DNA of 39,920 bases from a virus. Its lineage: Duplodnaviria > Caudoviricetes. The DNA lies in IMG/VR virus record IMGVR_UViG_3300017747_002560, positions 1-39,920 of that record, one strand, 5' to 3'. Of this stretch, positions 26,599 through 35,761 are shown piece by piece (position 1 is the first letter of the stretch; each line of letters begins with the position of its first letter). The notes beneath the pieces are model-generated. The model searched no databases, had not been told where the DNA came from, and worked only from the letters and a program-made list of their open reading frames with translations. The translations under genes and the position numbers were made by a program.

Positions 26599-27798
26599 AT
26601 GGGTAAGCAAGCTGCATCGGCACCTGCCGCACCCGATCCAAAAGCCACCGCCGCGGCGCAGACCGGATCGAACGTGCAGACGGCGATTGCCAACACCATC
26701 ATGGGCAACGCCAACGAAACCAGCCCCTACGGTTCGGTGCGGTATAACCAGATCGGAACGCAGCGCATCGGTGCTCCTGCCGGTCAAAGTGTAGCACCTG
26801 GCGGCGGCACGGGTGGCTACGGCGGCAAGATGGGCGAGGCGTTCGGTATGGGCGGCGGCGGTGTCGGTGCCGGCGGCGGGGAGGGTTACGACATCCCGCA
26901 ATATGAGCGCGTGGTAACGCTCTCGCCCGAACAACAGAAACTCTACAATCAACAGACCCGGCTCGGCTCCGACCTGAACAATCTCGCGATCGGACAAACC
27001 GGACGGCTCAACGATACGCTTTCCAAGCCGATTTCGTTTGACGGTTTGCCCAAGGTGCCTACCGATTTCTCGGCTGATCGGCTGCGTGTGGAAGAGGCGC
27101 TTAACTCCCGGCTCAATCCGCAGATCGAGCGCGACCGCAACGCGCTGGAAACCAAGCTGGTGAACCAAGGTCTTGCGCGCGGTTCGTCGGCGTTCAACGA
27201 GGAAATGGACTCGGTTAACCGTCAGGCTACGGACCAGCGGATGCAGTCCGTATTGGCGGGCGGTCAGGAACAGTCGCGGCTTTACGGTATTTCGAGCGAT
27301 GCGCGAAACCGCGGCGTGCAGGAAATGCTGGCACTCCGCAACCAGCCGATCAACGAAATTTCCGCGCTGATGTCAGGTGGACAGGTTACGGCTCCGCAAT
27401 TCCAGCAGTATCAGGGCGGCAGCGTTGCGCCGACCGATATCGCGGGGATGACCTACAATTCGGCCGCGCTGAACAATCAGAACTATCAGACGCAGCAGAG
27501 CCAGAACAACGCCGCGATGGGTGGCATGTTCGGACTCGGGCAGGCTGCGCTGATGGGCGGCATGAAATACGGCCTACCGCTTCTAATGGGCTCGGATCGT
27601 CGTTTGAAGCATTTCATCCGCGAAACCGGCGTGAAACTCGCCAATGGCCTGAAGATCTACGCCTACCGATACCTCTGGGATGATATCGACCGCGTTGGCG
27701 TCATGGCTGACGATGTGGAGAAGGTCATGCCCAAGGCGGTGCATGAGATCGGCGGCTTCAAGGCTGTGAATTACAGCATGGTCATGGGGGATGCATAA
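26599..27798 (+). CDS. internal virion / DNA ejection protein with C-terminal S74-like domain
   Basis: MGK...APDP start, Q/G/N-rich; SDRRLK...IY.YRY...GVMA..VE...AV...V.YS. Confidence 0.7.
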   Translation: MGKQAASAPAAPDPKATAAAQTGSNVQTAIANTIMGNANETSPYGSVRYNQIGTQRIGAPAGQSVAPGGGTGGYGGKMGEAFGMGGGGVGAGGGEGYDIPQYERVVTLSPEQQKLYNQQTRLGSDLNNLAIGQTGRLNDTLSKPISFDGLPKVPTDFSADRLRVEEALNSRLNPQIERDRNALETKLVNQGLARGSSAFNEEMDSVNRQATDQRMQSVLAGGQEQSRLYGISSDARNRGVQEMLALRNQPINEISALMSGGQVTAPQFQQYQGGSVAPTDIAGMTYNSAALNNQNYQTQQSQNNAAMGGMFGLGQAALMGGMKYGLPLLMGSDRRLKHFIRETGVKLANGLKIYAYRYLWDDIDRVGVMADDVEKVMPKAVHEIGGFKAVNYSMVMGDA

Positions 27799-29544
27799 AT
27801 GGCGCTCAATCTCGGCGGCGGTGAATCTGACTACAAAAAGCGGATTGCGGCGCTGCTCGCCCAAGGCGCCATGGATACGTCCCCAATTCAATCGCCGTGG
27901 CAGGGGGCATCCCGCATGGCGCAGGCTCTCTTGCTTGGCCTTGAAGGACGCGATCAGGACGCCAAGGACAAGGAATTTTCGGCTGCGCTGGGCAATCTGC
28001 CCGGTCTTTCTCCTGGCGCATCCACGCCCGCCGCTCCTATGGCCCCTGCAATGAGCGCCACGCCGAATACCCAGCCCGGCAAAATCTATTCCAATGACGA
28101 GCCGAGCCCGCTCGATCCGCCATCTGGGGATGACCGTACGCGCATGATTGCGACCATCCTTGGCGAGTCCGCAAACCAGCCTGCCGAAGATCAGAACGCC
28201 GTCGCCAGTGTCATTCGCAGTCGGGCCGTCAATGGCGGTTATGGCGGCGACACGCCTTCCGGCGTGGTGACTGCCAAGAACCAGTTTGAACCGTGGAACA
28301 CGGAAGGCGGACGCGCCCGCATGGCCCGCGCAATGGCGAACCCAGGACAGGCCGCGGCGGCAGATCAGGCCATCGCCATGGCCTACGGTGAGGGCGGGCA
28401 GGCCCCGAACGACCCGACCGGCGGGGCATTGAATTTCATTCAGCCGAAACTGCAAACCGCACTCGGCCGTCCGATGCCGGATTGGGCACAAAAGCCCGGC
28501 GTGATGATCGGCGATCACAAATTCATCGGCGGTGCGAACGCGCCGCAGCAGGTGGCGAGCGCTGATCCGAATTTCGTTCCCAGTGCGCTGGCCGCTCCCG
28601 CTCCGCAGGCCGCTCAACCTGCCCCGCAGCAGATGGCGCAGGCGGGCCAGCCGGTTATTCCGCCGCAGGTCGCGGCTCAAATCCGGCAGCACCTCGGCAG
28701 TTCAAATCCACAAATCCGCGCGCTCGGAATGCAGCTTTACCAGCAGTATGCCGCGCCCCAGCAATACGGTTTCCAGAGCCAGCCGGACGGCACGATCCTT
28801 CGCACCAACCCGCGAACGGGAGCCGTTGAACCGGTCTATCAAGGCGCGACCAAGCCGCAGTTCGGCGTGATCAGTGAAGACGAGTTCGGCAAGAAAACCT
28901 ATGGCTTCATTGATCCTGCAAAGGGCACCGCCGTTCCGCTGCCTCAACAGGGCGGCAGCGCATCGACCCCGGCAACCGTGACCGGACCTGATGGCAAGCA
29001 AATTCCGATACCGGCCGGCGTCGATCCGAAGAAGTTTCGTCAGGACGTGACCTCGGCAACAGCCGACGCGGCTACCGGCAAGAAAACCGAAGTGCAGGCC
29101 AAAGCAGAACAGTTCGGCAACCGCATGGAAGCCGCAGAAGCGGCCATCGCCGGAGGTCTTGAAAAAGAAGGCCTTGGCGTGTCCGGCGCGGCCCAGCAGA
29201 TCGCAGGCGGTGTTCCCGTCGTCGGATCGGCAATGCAATCAAGCAACTATCAGAAGTTCGGGCAGGCCAAAAGCCAGTTCATCACGGCTTTGCTTCGTCA
29301 GGAATCCGGCGCCGCAATCGGCAAGGAGGAGTTCACCCGCTACGACAAGGAATTTTTCCCCCAGCCCGGCGACGCTCCTGAGGTTGTCGCGCAGAAAGCG
29401 CAGTCCAGGCAGGTTGCTATCGCGGCGATGAAGAAGGGTGCTGGGCCTGGCTACAAGTCGCCTGATACGGCAAAGCAGCCTGTCACCAAGTCGATCGGCG
29501 GCAAGGAATACTATCAAGAAAACGGTCAGTGGTTCGAGAAGTAA
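27799..29544 (+). CDS. ejection protein with SleB-like cell-wall hydrolase domain
   Basis: TILGES, AVASVIR.R, QFEPWN, DPTGGA..F, IGDHKF. Confidence 0.8.
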   Translation: MALNLGGGESDYKKRIAALLAQGAMDTSPIQSPWQGASRMAQALLLGLEGRDQDAKDKEFSAALGNLPGLSPGASTPAAPMAPAMSATPNTQPGKIYSNDEPSPLDPPSGDDRTRMIATILGESANQPAEDQNAVASVIRSRAVNGGYGGDTPSGVVTAKNQFEPWNTEGGRARMARAMANPGQAAAADQAIAMAYGEGGQAPNDPTGGALNFIQPKLQTALGRPMPDWAQKPGVMIGDHKFIGGANAPQQVASADPNFVPSALAAPAPQAAQPAPQQMAQAGQPVIPPQVAAQIRQHLGSSNPQIRALGMQLYQQYAAPQQYGFQSQPDGTILRTNPRTGAVEPVYQGATKPQFGVISEDEFGKKTYGFIDPAKGTAVPLPQQGGSASTPATVTGPDGKQIPIPAGVDPKKFRQDVTSATADAATGKKTEVQAKAEQFGNRMEAAEAAIAGGLEKEGLGVSGAAQQIAGGVPVVGSAMQSSNYQKFGQAKSQFITALLRQESGAAIGKEEFTRYDKEFFPQPGDAPEVVAQKAQSRQVAIAAMKKGAGPGYKSPDTAKQPVTKSIGGKEYYQENGQWFEK

Positions 29545-29546
29545 AA

Positions 29547-30998
29547 ATGGCAACCCCTGTCACGGATCCCGCACTGCTGGCGCAACTGAACGGCAAGCAG
29601 CCGGTTTCCGACCCGACGTTGCTCGCGCAGTTGAATGGCACCCCATCAGGGCCGCAGTTCAACATTACAGATGCAATAACGGATATCCCGCGCGAGATCG
29701 GCGCAACGGCCGACCGCAATTTGACCGCTATCGAGGAGGGGCTTTCTAACAGAGCCTCCAAAGGTCCAATCGAAGGGTTGTTGGGCACAGGCAAGGCCGT
29801 CCTGGGTGCGTTGGGGCTGGTGGCGTCACCGATCACGGGCGCCGCGCGATCGCTCATCGGCCACCCCACCGCGCAATTGACGCATAAGGTCGGCGAGATG
29901 ATCGCGCCGGAACTCGCGGCAAAAGACGATCCGAAGAAGATGTATGAAGCCGCGGCTGGCGATGCCGAAACGGCTTTAATGGCAAGCCGACCTGGTGCGA
30001 TGCGTCCGCCAGTCGTCGCCGCTCCGACCGTGGCCGAACTAAAAGCGGCCTCACGCACTGGCTACAATAGCCCGGAAGTTGCGGCTGTTCAGATCAATCC
30101 GCAATCTACCGCTAATCTCGCCACTCGCATTGAAAGCGATCTTGTTCAGCGGGGATTCCGGCCGAACAATGAAGGCCCCGTTTTCAACGTCGTACAGGAA
30201 TTGACGCCGCCGGCTGGCGTGCAATCTGTGCGCGTTGCAGACATTGACAGCGCCCGTAAAGCACTTGGCATCATGGCTCGCGAACGTGACGCGGTTGGCG
30301 CCCCCACGCCCCGCGCTGCGGCTGCTGGCGTCGCGCGGGATTCGATCAACGATTATCTGCCCAACATTGCTCCGGCCGACGTTCTGGCCGGTGACGCCGT
30401 CCGCGCCTCCGAGATCATGAGGGAGGCCCAGGCCAATTGGGGCGCTGCAAAGCGCGGCGAACAGGTTGACCTTCAGCTTACCCGCGCCGATCGGCAGGCC
30501 GCCAAGTCAGGTATGGGCGGCAATGTCGAAAACGCGATGCGTCAGAAAATAGCCACCATTCTTGACAACCCGAAACGAACGGCCGGGTTCAGTCAGGCAG
30601 AGGTTCAGGCGATGGAGGATATCGTTCGCGGCACGCGCGGGCGGAATGCCTTGCGGGCGGCTGGTAAGCTCGGCGTTGACGGCGGGCTGTCTCTATTGCT
30701 CAACACTGGCGCCGCCGTTGGCAGCGGCGGGGCCACCATCCCAATTACAGCGGCTGGAACGCTGGCGCGCATCCTGGGTCAACGCTCGACTGCTCGCGCA
30801 GGCGCGGCCCTGTCCGATACGGTGAGGTCTCGCGCTCCGCTTGCAACAAATGCGAGAGGGATTGCAGCGGTTCAGCAGGCATTGGCGACAAGGCGGCCGA
30901 CTGCGGCGGTGATACCCTATGCAGGCGTGACGGCGGGATCATCTCCCATGCAGCTGAAGCGCGCGCAACTCGCTCAATTGCTGGCGCAGTTCATGTAG
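29547..30998 (+). CDS. ejection / DNA transfer protein
   Basis: Ala/Gly-rich helical protein; N-terminal PV(T/S)DP.LLAQLNG duplication; third gene of the ejection set. Confidence 0.65.
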   Translation: MATPVTDPALLAQLNGKQPVSDPTLLAQLNGTPSGPQFNITDAITDIPREIGATADRNLTAIEEGLSNRASKGPIEGLLGTGKAVLGALGLVASPITGAARSLIGHPTAQLTHKVGEMIAPELAAKDDPKKMYEAAAGDAETALMASRPGAMRPPVVAAPTVAELKAASRTGYNSPEVAAVQINPQSTANLATRIESDLVQRGFRPNNEGPVFNVVQELTPPAGVQSVRVADIDSARKALGIMARERDAVGAPTPRAAAAGVARDSINDYLPNIAPADVLAGDAVRASEIMREAQANWGAAKRGEQVDLQLTRADRQAAKSGMGGNVENAMRQKIATILDNPKRTAGFSQAEVQAMEDIVRGTRGRNALRAAGKLGVDGGLSLLLNTGAAVGSGGATIPITAAGTLARILGQRSTARAGAALSDTVRSRAPLATNARGIAAVQQALATRRPTAAVIPYAGVTAGSSPMQLKRAQLAQLLAQFM

Positions 30999-31001
30999 CT
31001 G

Positions 31002-31238
31002 CTACATGCAACTCACTACGTTGCCGTTCCTGACACACATATCAGGACCGGAGCCAAGTCTTGCCGCCCGCTCTTGCGAGGCCATTTTGTCAACCTCGAT
31101 CCGGCACTTCAAATAAGCGTCCGCTCCCGGCTTCGCGCCGTAAGTCTGACAGCGCTGATCGTTCTGCGCTTCGACCTGCGCATGATTAACGCATCCACTT
31201 AGTAACAGCGCAGCAAGCGGCAAAGCCACGTATCGCAT
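31002..31238 (-). CDS. small lipoprotein (antisense moron)
   Basis: Signal peptide with lipobox LLLSGC; GGGAG RBS; four further Cys. Confidence 0.75.
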   Translation of the reverse strand: MRYVALPLAALLLSGCVNHAQVEAQNDQRCQTYGAKPGADAYLKCRIEVDKMASQERAARLGSGPDMCVRNGNVVSCM

Positions 31239-31297
31239 TCCGATGATCTCCCGCCCCGGTTGAGGGCGCACGATAGCAGTTTTTGCGCGATCTAACC

Positions 31298-31324
31298 AGC
31301 CGCCTTCACGGGCGGCTTTTTCTT
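31298..31324 (+). terminator. intrinsic terminator upstream of the tail fibre gene
   Basis: AGCCGCC/GGCGGCT stem followed by a T-rich run. Confidence 0.75.
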
Positions 31325-31335
31325 GAGGTAAATCA

Positions 31336-32649
31336 ATGGCTTTTAACGGTTCCGGCACGTTCGTTCGGCTCCACAATTGGGTGGACGACCGAAACGCGGC
31401 CATCAAGATCACGGCCGATCGGCACGACGAGGAGGACGACGGGCTGGCCGCTGGCCTATCTGCCTGCATCACCAAGAACGGCGAAAGCACGACTTCGGCG
31501 CTTATTCCGTTTGCGGCCGGGATCGGTGTTTCAACTGGCACGGTATTGCTGCCCGGCATCAGTTTCATTGGCGACACCAATACCGGCATCTATCGGATCG
31601 GCGCTGATAACATCGGCGTTGCTGCAAATGGCGCGAAGGTGCTGGATATTGGGACGGGTGGTCTTGGCATCACTGGCGCCGGGACAATCACCAGCGCCGC
31701 CGCGTCCGCTTTCACAGTGGGAGCGAACGGCGCGACGGACCCGGTATTCCGGGTGGACGCGGCGACCGCTTCGACTGCAACGGGTATTAGGATCAAGGGC
31801 GCAGCCGCTGCTGGCGGTGTGGCGATGCTGGTCCTTTCTTCCGGCACCAATGAAGCCCTGACCATTGACGCAAAGGGCTCCGGTACGGTCACCATCAACG
31901 GAAGTGGGACCGGCGCGATCTCGCTTGCGAGAGCGACTAGCGTGACCGGGCAATTTACGCTTGACGGAACGCTGACCACATCCGGAGCGCCGGGACTTGT
32001 TTTTAGTAATGACACTGACACCGGCATCTATCGGAATGCCGCCGACTCCATCATCATTCAGACCGGGGGCTCGTCACGAATTGCCGTTAGCAACACCGGC
32101 CTATCCGTCACCGGGACACTAGGCGTCTCGTCGAACGTTGACATAACCGGAACGCTACAGGTCACGGGCGTCGCCACATTCTCGGCTACGGCGATGATCA
32201 TCGGCAACACCCGCGTCACGATCACCAATGACGCCAATGATCAGTTGCGACTCAATCGGACTACATCATCGGGTACCATGATGGTTATTCAGAATGCCGG
32301 CGTGACGAAGGGCTCGATCAGTCAGGACGGCACTAACACGTCCTATAATACGACTTCGGATATTGTCCTTAAAGAACACATCCGCCAGCTTACTCAAGCT
32401 GAGGTCGATAACGTCATAGACCGCCTGAAACCAAGCTCATATCAATGGAAGGCAACAAAAACCAAGGGTATCGGGTTCATTGCGCAGGAGTATCTTCCTG
32501 TCATCCCGTGGGGAGGAACTGCACGAATCGGCAAGCCGGGCGATGACAATTTCCAGCCCGCGCAAGTAGATTATTCGTCACCCACCCCGTTTCTTGTTGC
32601 AGAAGTGCAGTTCCTGCGAAAGCGCGTAGCCTCGCTGGAGGCCCGCTGA
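31336..32649 (+). CDS. tail fibre with C-terminal S74 intramolecular chaperone
   Basis: MAFNGSG.F N-terminus; two PG..F..DT.TGIYR repeats; TSD..LK, GFIAQE, VDY, terminal coiled coil. Confidence 0.85.
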   Translation: MAFNGSGTFVRLHNWVDDRNAAIKITADRHDEEDDGLAAGLSACITKNGESTTSALIPFAAGIGVSTGTVLLPGISFIGDTNTGIYRIGADNIGVAANGAKVLDIGTGGLGITGAGTITSAAASAFTVGANGATDPVFRVDAATASTATGIRIKGAAAAGGVAMLVLSSGTNEALTIDAKGSGTVTINGSGTGAISLARATSVTGQFTLDGTLTTSGAPGLVFSNDTDTGIYRNAADSIIIQTGGSSRIAVSNTGLSVTGTLGVSSNVDITGTLQVTGVATFSATAMIIGNTRVTITNDANDQLRLNRTTSSGTMMVIQNAGVTKGSISQDGTNTSYNTTSDIVLKEHIRQLTQAEVDNVIDRLKPSSYQWKATKTKGIGFIAQEYLPVIPWGGTARIGKPGDDNFQPAQVDYSSPTPFLVAEVQFLRKRVASLEAR

Positions 32650-33170
32650 TGCCGCCCTTCGTCCAGCATAACCGCGCGATCACGCAACTAGCAATCACGA
32701 CGGAAGGCCAGCCCGATATCTGGCGAGACATCTACCGGGTGCAGAACCTCCCGGCTATTCCGGCTGGTTCGATCATCAGGGTACATCTCGCAAAGCAGGT
32801 TGAAAATCCTTCAGACTTTCCCGCCGCTGTGGCGTGGCTGCGTAAATTCTATCTGGCGAAGCCGGACGGGGCCGAGATCGACCTTTCGCTAGGCGGCCAT
32901 CCAACATCAAACGGGCAACTCGGACTGAACATCACCCGCGAGAGTCACTACGAGAGCGGCACGGAAAGCTGCATCTATCGCGTGACATCGGATCTTCCGG
33001 CAGGTTGCAAGATCGCATACGAGGCCCGCGCCAAGAGTTCGACTTACACGGGCTACGTCCAGATTTGGGATAAGGGCTGTCTCACGGTCGAGATCGAAGA
33101 ACCCTGCACATTCCAATCACAGATTGATGCGCTATCCCAGCGCATTGCAGCACTAGAGGCCATCCAATGA
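32649..33170 (+). CDS. tail-associated hypothetical protein
   Basis: TGATG coupling; C-terminal coiled coil. Confidence 0.6.
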   Translation: MPPFVQHNRAITQLAITTEGQPDIWRDIYRVQNLPAIPAGSIIRVHLAKQVENPSDFPAAVAWLRKFYLAKPDGAEIDLSLGGHPTSNGQLGLNITRESHYESGTESCIYRVTSDLPAGCKIAYEARAKSSTYTGYVQIWDKGCLTVEIEEPCTFQSQIDALSQRIAALEAIQ

Positions 33171-33307
33171 ACATGAACGTTGAAGAAGTGGTTTATCATC
33201 TCGGCTTGCTTTACCTCGAAAACAAGACGTTGCAGCGCGCCAACGTCGAGTTGGCAAAGAAGGCCGCCGAGAGCGAGAAGAAGCCCGCCGAGCCCGACCA
33301 TGCGTGA
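33167..33307 (+). CDS. small coiled-coil protein (46 aa)
   Basis: Read manually; GAGG RBS and ATGA coupling. Confidence 0.55.
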   Translation: MNMNVEEVVYHLGLLYLENKTLQRANVELAKKAAESEKKPAEPDHA

Positions 33308-33917
33308 ACCCGCCGCCATTCGGTACAAAAACCCCGGCGCGATGTGGCCGGGTCCGACCGCCACCAAATGGGGATCGAAGCGATGGATTTACCTGAGTGA
33401 CGGGACCGGGCAGGGCGGTAACGGCATGGGTAACAAGATCGCCATCTTCGACAATTGGGTTGACGGCATCTGCGCTCAACTCGACCTGTGGCGTACCTCG
33501 CCGCGCTACCGTGACAAGAAGCTGAAGGACGCGCTAGCCGTATGGTCCGGCGGGAACCACGTCGAGAGCTACATAAAATTCGTCACCACGCGCATTCCGG
33601 GGATGACCCGCGATACCGTTATGGACGAGGCTTTCTGGCGCAGCCCTAACGGAGTTCGCTTCCTCAAGGTCCAGGCTCATCATGAGGCCGGAAAACCCAT
33701 GCCTGTGGCGGATGCCGATTGGGCAGAAGCGCAGCGGCGTGTGTTCGGCCTCAAAAGGCCTCCGGTATCGACCACAAAGAAGGCGAGCGGCTCGATTGCG
33801 GCCGGCGGCGCGGCGGCCACGGCGGCGCAACAGTCCGGACTCGGTATCGGCTGGATTATCGGCATCGGCGTTGCGGTTGCGGCGGTCGCCTTCCTGATCT
33901 GGAGGTTCAAGAAATGA
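33300..33917 (+). CDS. putative endolysin with C-terminal transmembrane anchor
   Basis: RYKNPGAM (RxxNPG-type) N-terminus, late HE motif, TM helix followed by RFKK; first gene of the membrane-protein cluster. Confidence 0.6.
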   Translation: MREPAAIRYKNPGAMWPGPTATKWGSKRWIYLSDGTGQGGNGMGNKIAIFDNWVDGICAQLDLWRTSPRYRDKKLKDALAVWSGGNHVESYIKFVTTRIPGMTRDTVMDEAFWRSPNGVRFLKVQAHHEAGKPMPVADADWAEAQRRVFGLKRPPVSTTKKASGSIAAGGAAATAAQQSGLGIGWIIGIGVAVAAVAFLIWRFKK

Positions 33918-34171
33918 AGTGGCTTTGGGAAAAAGCCAAGGGCTGGAAAACGGTTATCGTCGGCACCTTCTTTGGCCTGCCGCTTGTTCTCTTGGAAATC
34001 GTGGAACAGTTCAATCTAGTTGACCCCGCGTCGATCCTGCCGGAACCGTGGGGCCAGCGCGTGGCCTTGGTGATGGCGGTTTCCATGATCCTGCTTCGGC
34101 TTATCACGACCGGCCCGGTTGGCGCGAAGGGCGACGAAGAACCCGATTCCGACGTGAAGGCGGGCGACTGA
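33914..34171 (+). CDS. putative holin (two TM helices)
   Basis: KGWKT start, two hydrophobic spans, LR..TTGPV, charged tail. Confidence 0.6.
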   Translation: MKWLWEKAKGWKTVIVGTFFGLPLVLLEIVEQFNLVDPASILPEPWGQRVALVMAVSMILLRLITTGPVGAKGDEEPDSDVKAGD

Positions 34172-34172
34172 T

Positions 34173-34565
34173 ATGTGGCTCACCATCATGAGCTTTATCG
34201 GAGGCCCCGTGGTCTCCGGTCTCATCAAGGCATATCAAGCCAAGCTGGCGGCAGGCAACACTTCCGAGCGCATCGCGGCCGATCTGGCGGCCCATGAAAT
34301 CGCCGCGCAACAGACAGAAATCCAGTCGATCTACGCGCTCAGGATAGCGCAGATCGGCCATCCATGGGAGCCGGAAAAGCTAGCGTTCTACGTCACGCTG
34401 GTTTTCTACTCCAAGATTTTGATTTGGGACAAGGTGCTCGGCGGCATCACGGGCGGGCATACGGATGAAGTGACGGGGGCGGCTGGCGTGTGGGCGGGGC
34501 TGATCATGTCTTTCTACTTCGCCAAACGCGGATTTGAAAACGTCGCAAGGATAATCCGCAAATGA
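34173..34565 (+). CDS. holin-like membrane protein (three hydrophobic segments)
   Basis: Hydrophobic segments; FYF.KR..E C-terminus. Confidence 0.55.
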   Translation: MWLTIMSFIGGPVVSGLIKAYQAKLAAGNTSERIAADLAAHEIAAQQTEIQSIYALRIAQIGHPWEPEKLAFYVTLVFYSKILIWDKVLGGITGGHTDEVTGAAGVWAGLIMSFYFAKRGFENVARIIRK

Positions 34566-34855
34566 CCTCCGAAGAAATCAAACAAGTCGTTGCTGAGGTT
34601 TTGGCCGAACAGCGCGTTCTGGCGGCGGACAACATCGATGAGGTTGTTCTAAAAACCATCGCGACAATCCTAACCTCGTTCGGCATCGAGGAGGAGGACC
34701 GCAAGGAATTGCAGGCCGATCTGCGGCACCTTTGGCGCTGGCGCAAGAGCGTAGAGCAAACGCAGACATATGCCTTCAAAACGCTGGTAACGGTTATCGT
34801 CTGCGGCCTGCTTGGCGCGTTCTGGCTTGGTATAAAGGCAACGCTCGGCAAATAG
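34562..34855 (+). CDS. membrane protein with C-terminal TM helix
   Basis: ATGA coupling; one TM span. Confidence 0.65.
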   Translation: MTSEEIKQVVAEVLAEQRVLAADNIDEVVLKTIATILTSFGIEEEDRKELQADLRHLWRWRKSVEQTQTYAFKTLVTVIVCGLLGAFWLGIKATLGK

Positions 34856-34863
34856 GAGGCGGC

Positions 34864-35094
34864 ATGTTCAAGCTCATCGCGGCGCTATTTCTTGTGACCG
34901 GCGGCACCGTTGCTGAACAGCCCTCCCACGTCATGACATACAATCATTCGACGTTCGAAACTGAAGCGTCCTGCATGGAATTTATGGAAACTGAAACCGG
35001 GCGAGTGGTAACGACGGCCATCTCCATGGCGGCGAGCGGCCGGGGCGTCGTCGTTCGGTTTGGATGCATCCAGGCTCCCGACAACACCATCTGA
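34864..35094 (+). CDS. small exported protein, two Cys
   Basis: AGGAGG RBS; hydrophobic N-terminus. Confidence 0.65.
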   Translation: MFKLIAALFLVTGGTVAEQPSHVMTYNHSTFETEASCMEFMETETGRVVTTAISMAASGRGVVVRFGCIQAPDNTI

Positions 35095-35117
35095 AACCCC
35101 GCAAATATGAGGTGTGA

Positions 35118-35309
35118 ATGCTCCGCACAACGGCAGCAATCCTTTTCCTGTGTCTCCTCTTATCCCCCGCCCAATCCCATCAATTCAATTGCGATGAAGT
35201 CCGCGCCTATGTCTCTCAACACGGGAGGGCAAAGGCTTTGGCGGCAGCCCTCAAACACGGCGCAACGTGGCGCGAGATCAAGGAAGCGCGCAAATGCTTA
35301 TCTCGATAA
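35118..35309 (+). CDS. small exported protein
   Basis: GAGGTG RBS; signal peptide ending AQS; Cys pair. Confidence 0.65.
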   Translation: MLRTTAAILFLCLLLSPAQSHQFNCDEVRAYVSQHGRAKALAAALKHGATWREIKEARKCLSR

Positions 35310-35761
35310 TAGTTCTTCTCATGATTGCAGCCATGATCCTAGCGACGTGGGACGCCTGCAACGGGTTTGTCCTGCGATGGGTAAGGTTGTTCATTGCGGC
35401 GGTTGTCATTGTTGGAATAGCGTTCTTTGCGACGATAGCCAAGGCGCAGCACGTCCACCCCGACGAGACAATCACAGATCCGAAAGTCGCGAAATTTTAT
35501 GAGCAGTGGAAAAGGCCGCCCTCCCGAGTTATTTCATGTTGTAGTTCTCGCGACTGCTACGCCGCGCCAATCAGGCCCGGTCCAAATGGCAAGATAGAAT
35601 ACTTTCACAAGTGGACGCAGACATGGGCAGTCATCCCGCAAAGCGTCCTAGAGCATAACCAACCCGACGCGATGGATAGCCCAAATCACGAAGCGCATAT
35701 TTGCGCCGCGCCGTATGCGCCTGATTTGGTGTTCTGTGCGGTCTTGGGTGGTGGCACTTAA
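35294..35761 (+). CDS. membrane-anchored/exported Cys-rich protein
   Basis: Hydrophobic N-terminus, SCCSSRDC, HIC, VFC. Confidence 0.7.
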   Translation: MLISIIVLLMIAAMILATWDACNGFVLRWVRLFIAAVVIVGIAFFATIAKAQHVHPDETITDPKVAKFYEQWKRPPSRVISCCSSRDCYAAPIRPGPNGKIEYFHKWTQTWAVIPQSVLEHNQPDAMDSPNHEAHICAAPYAPDLVFCAVLGGGT

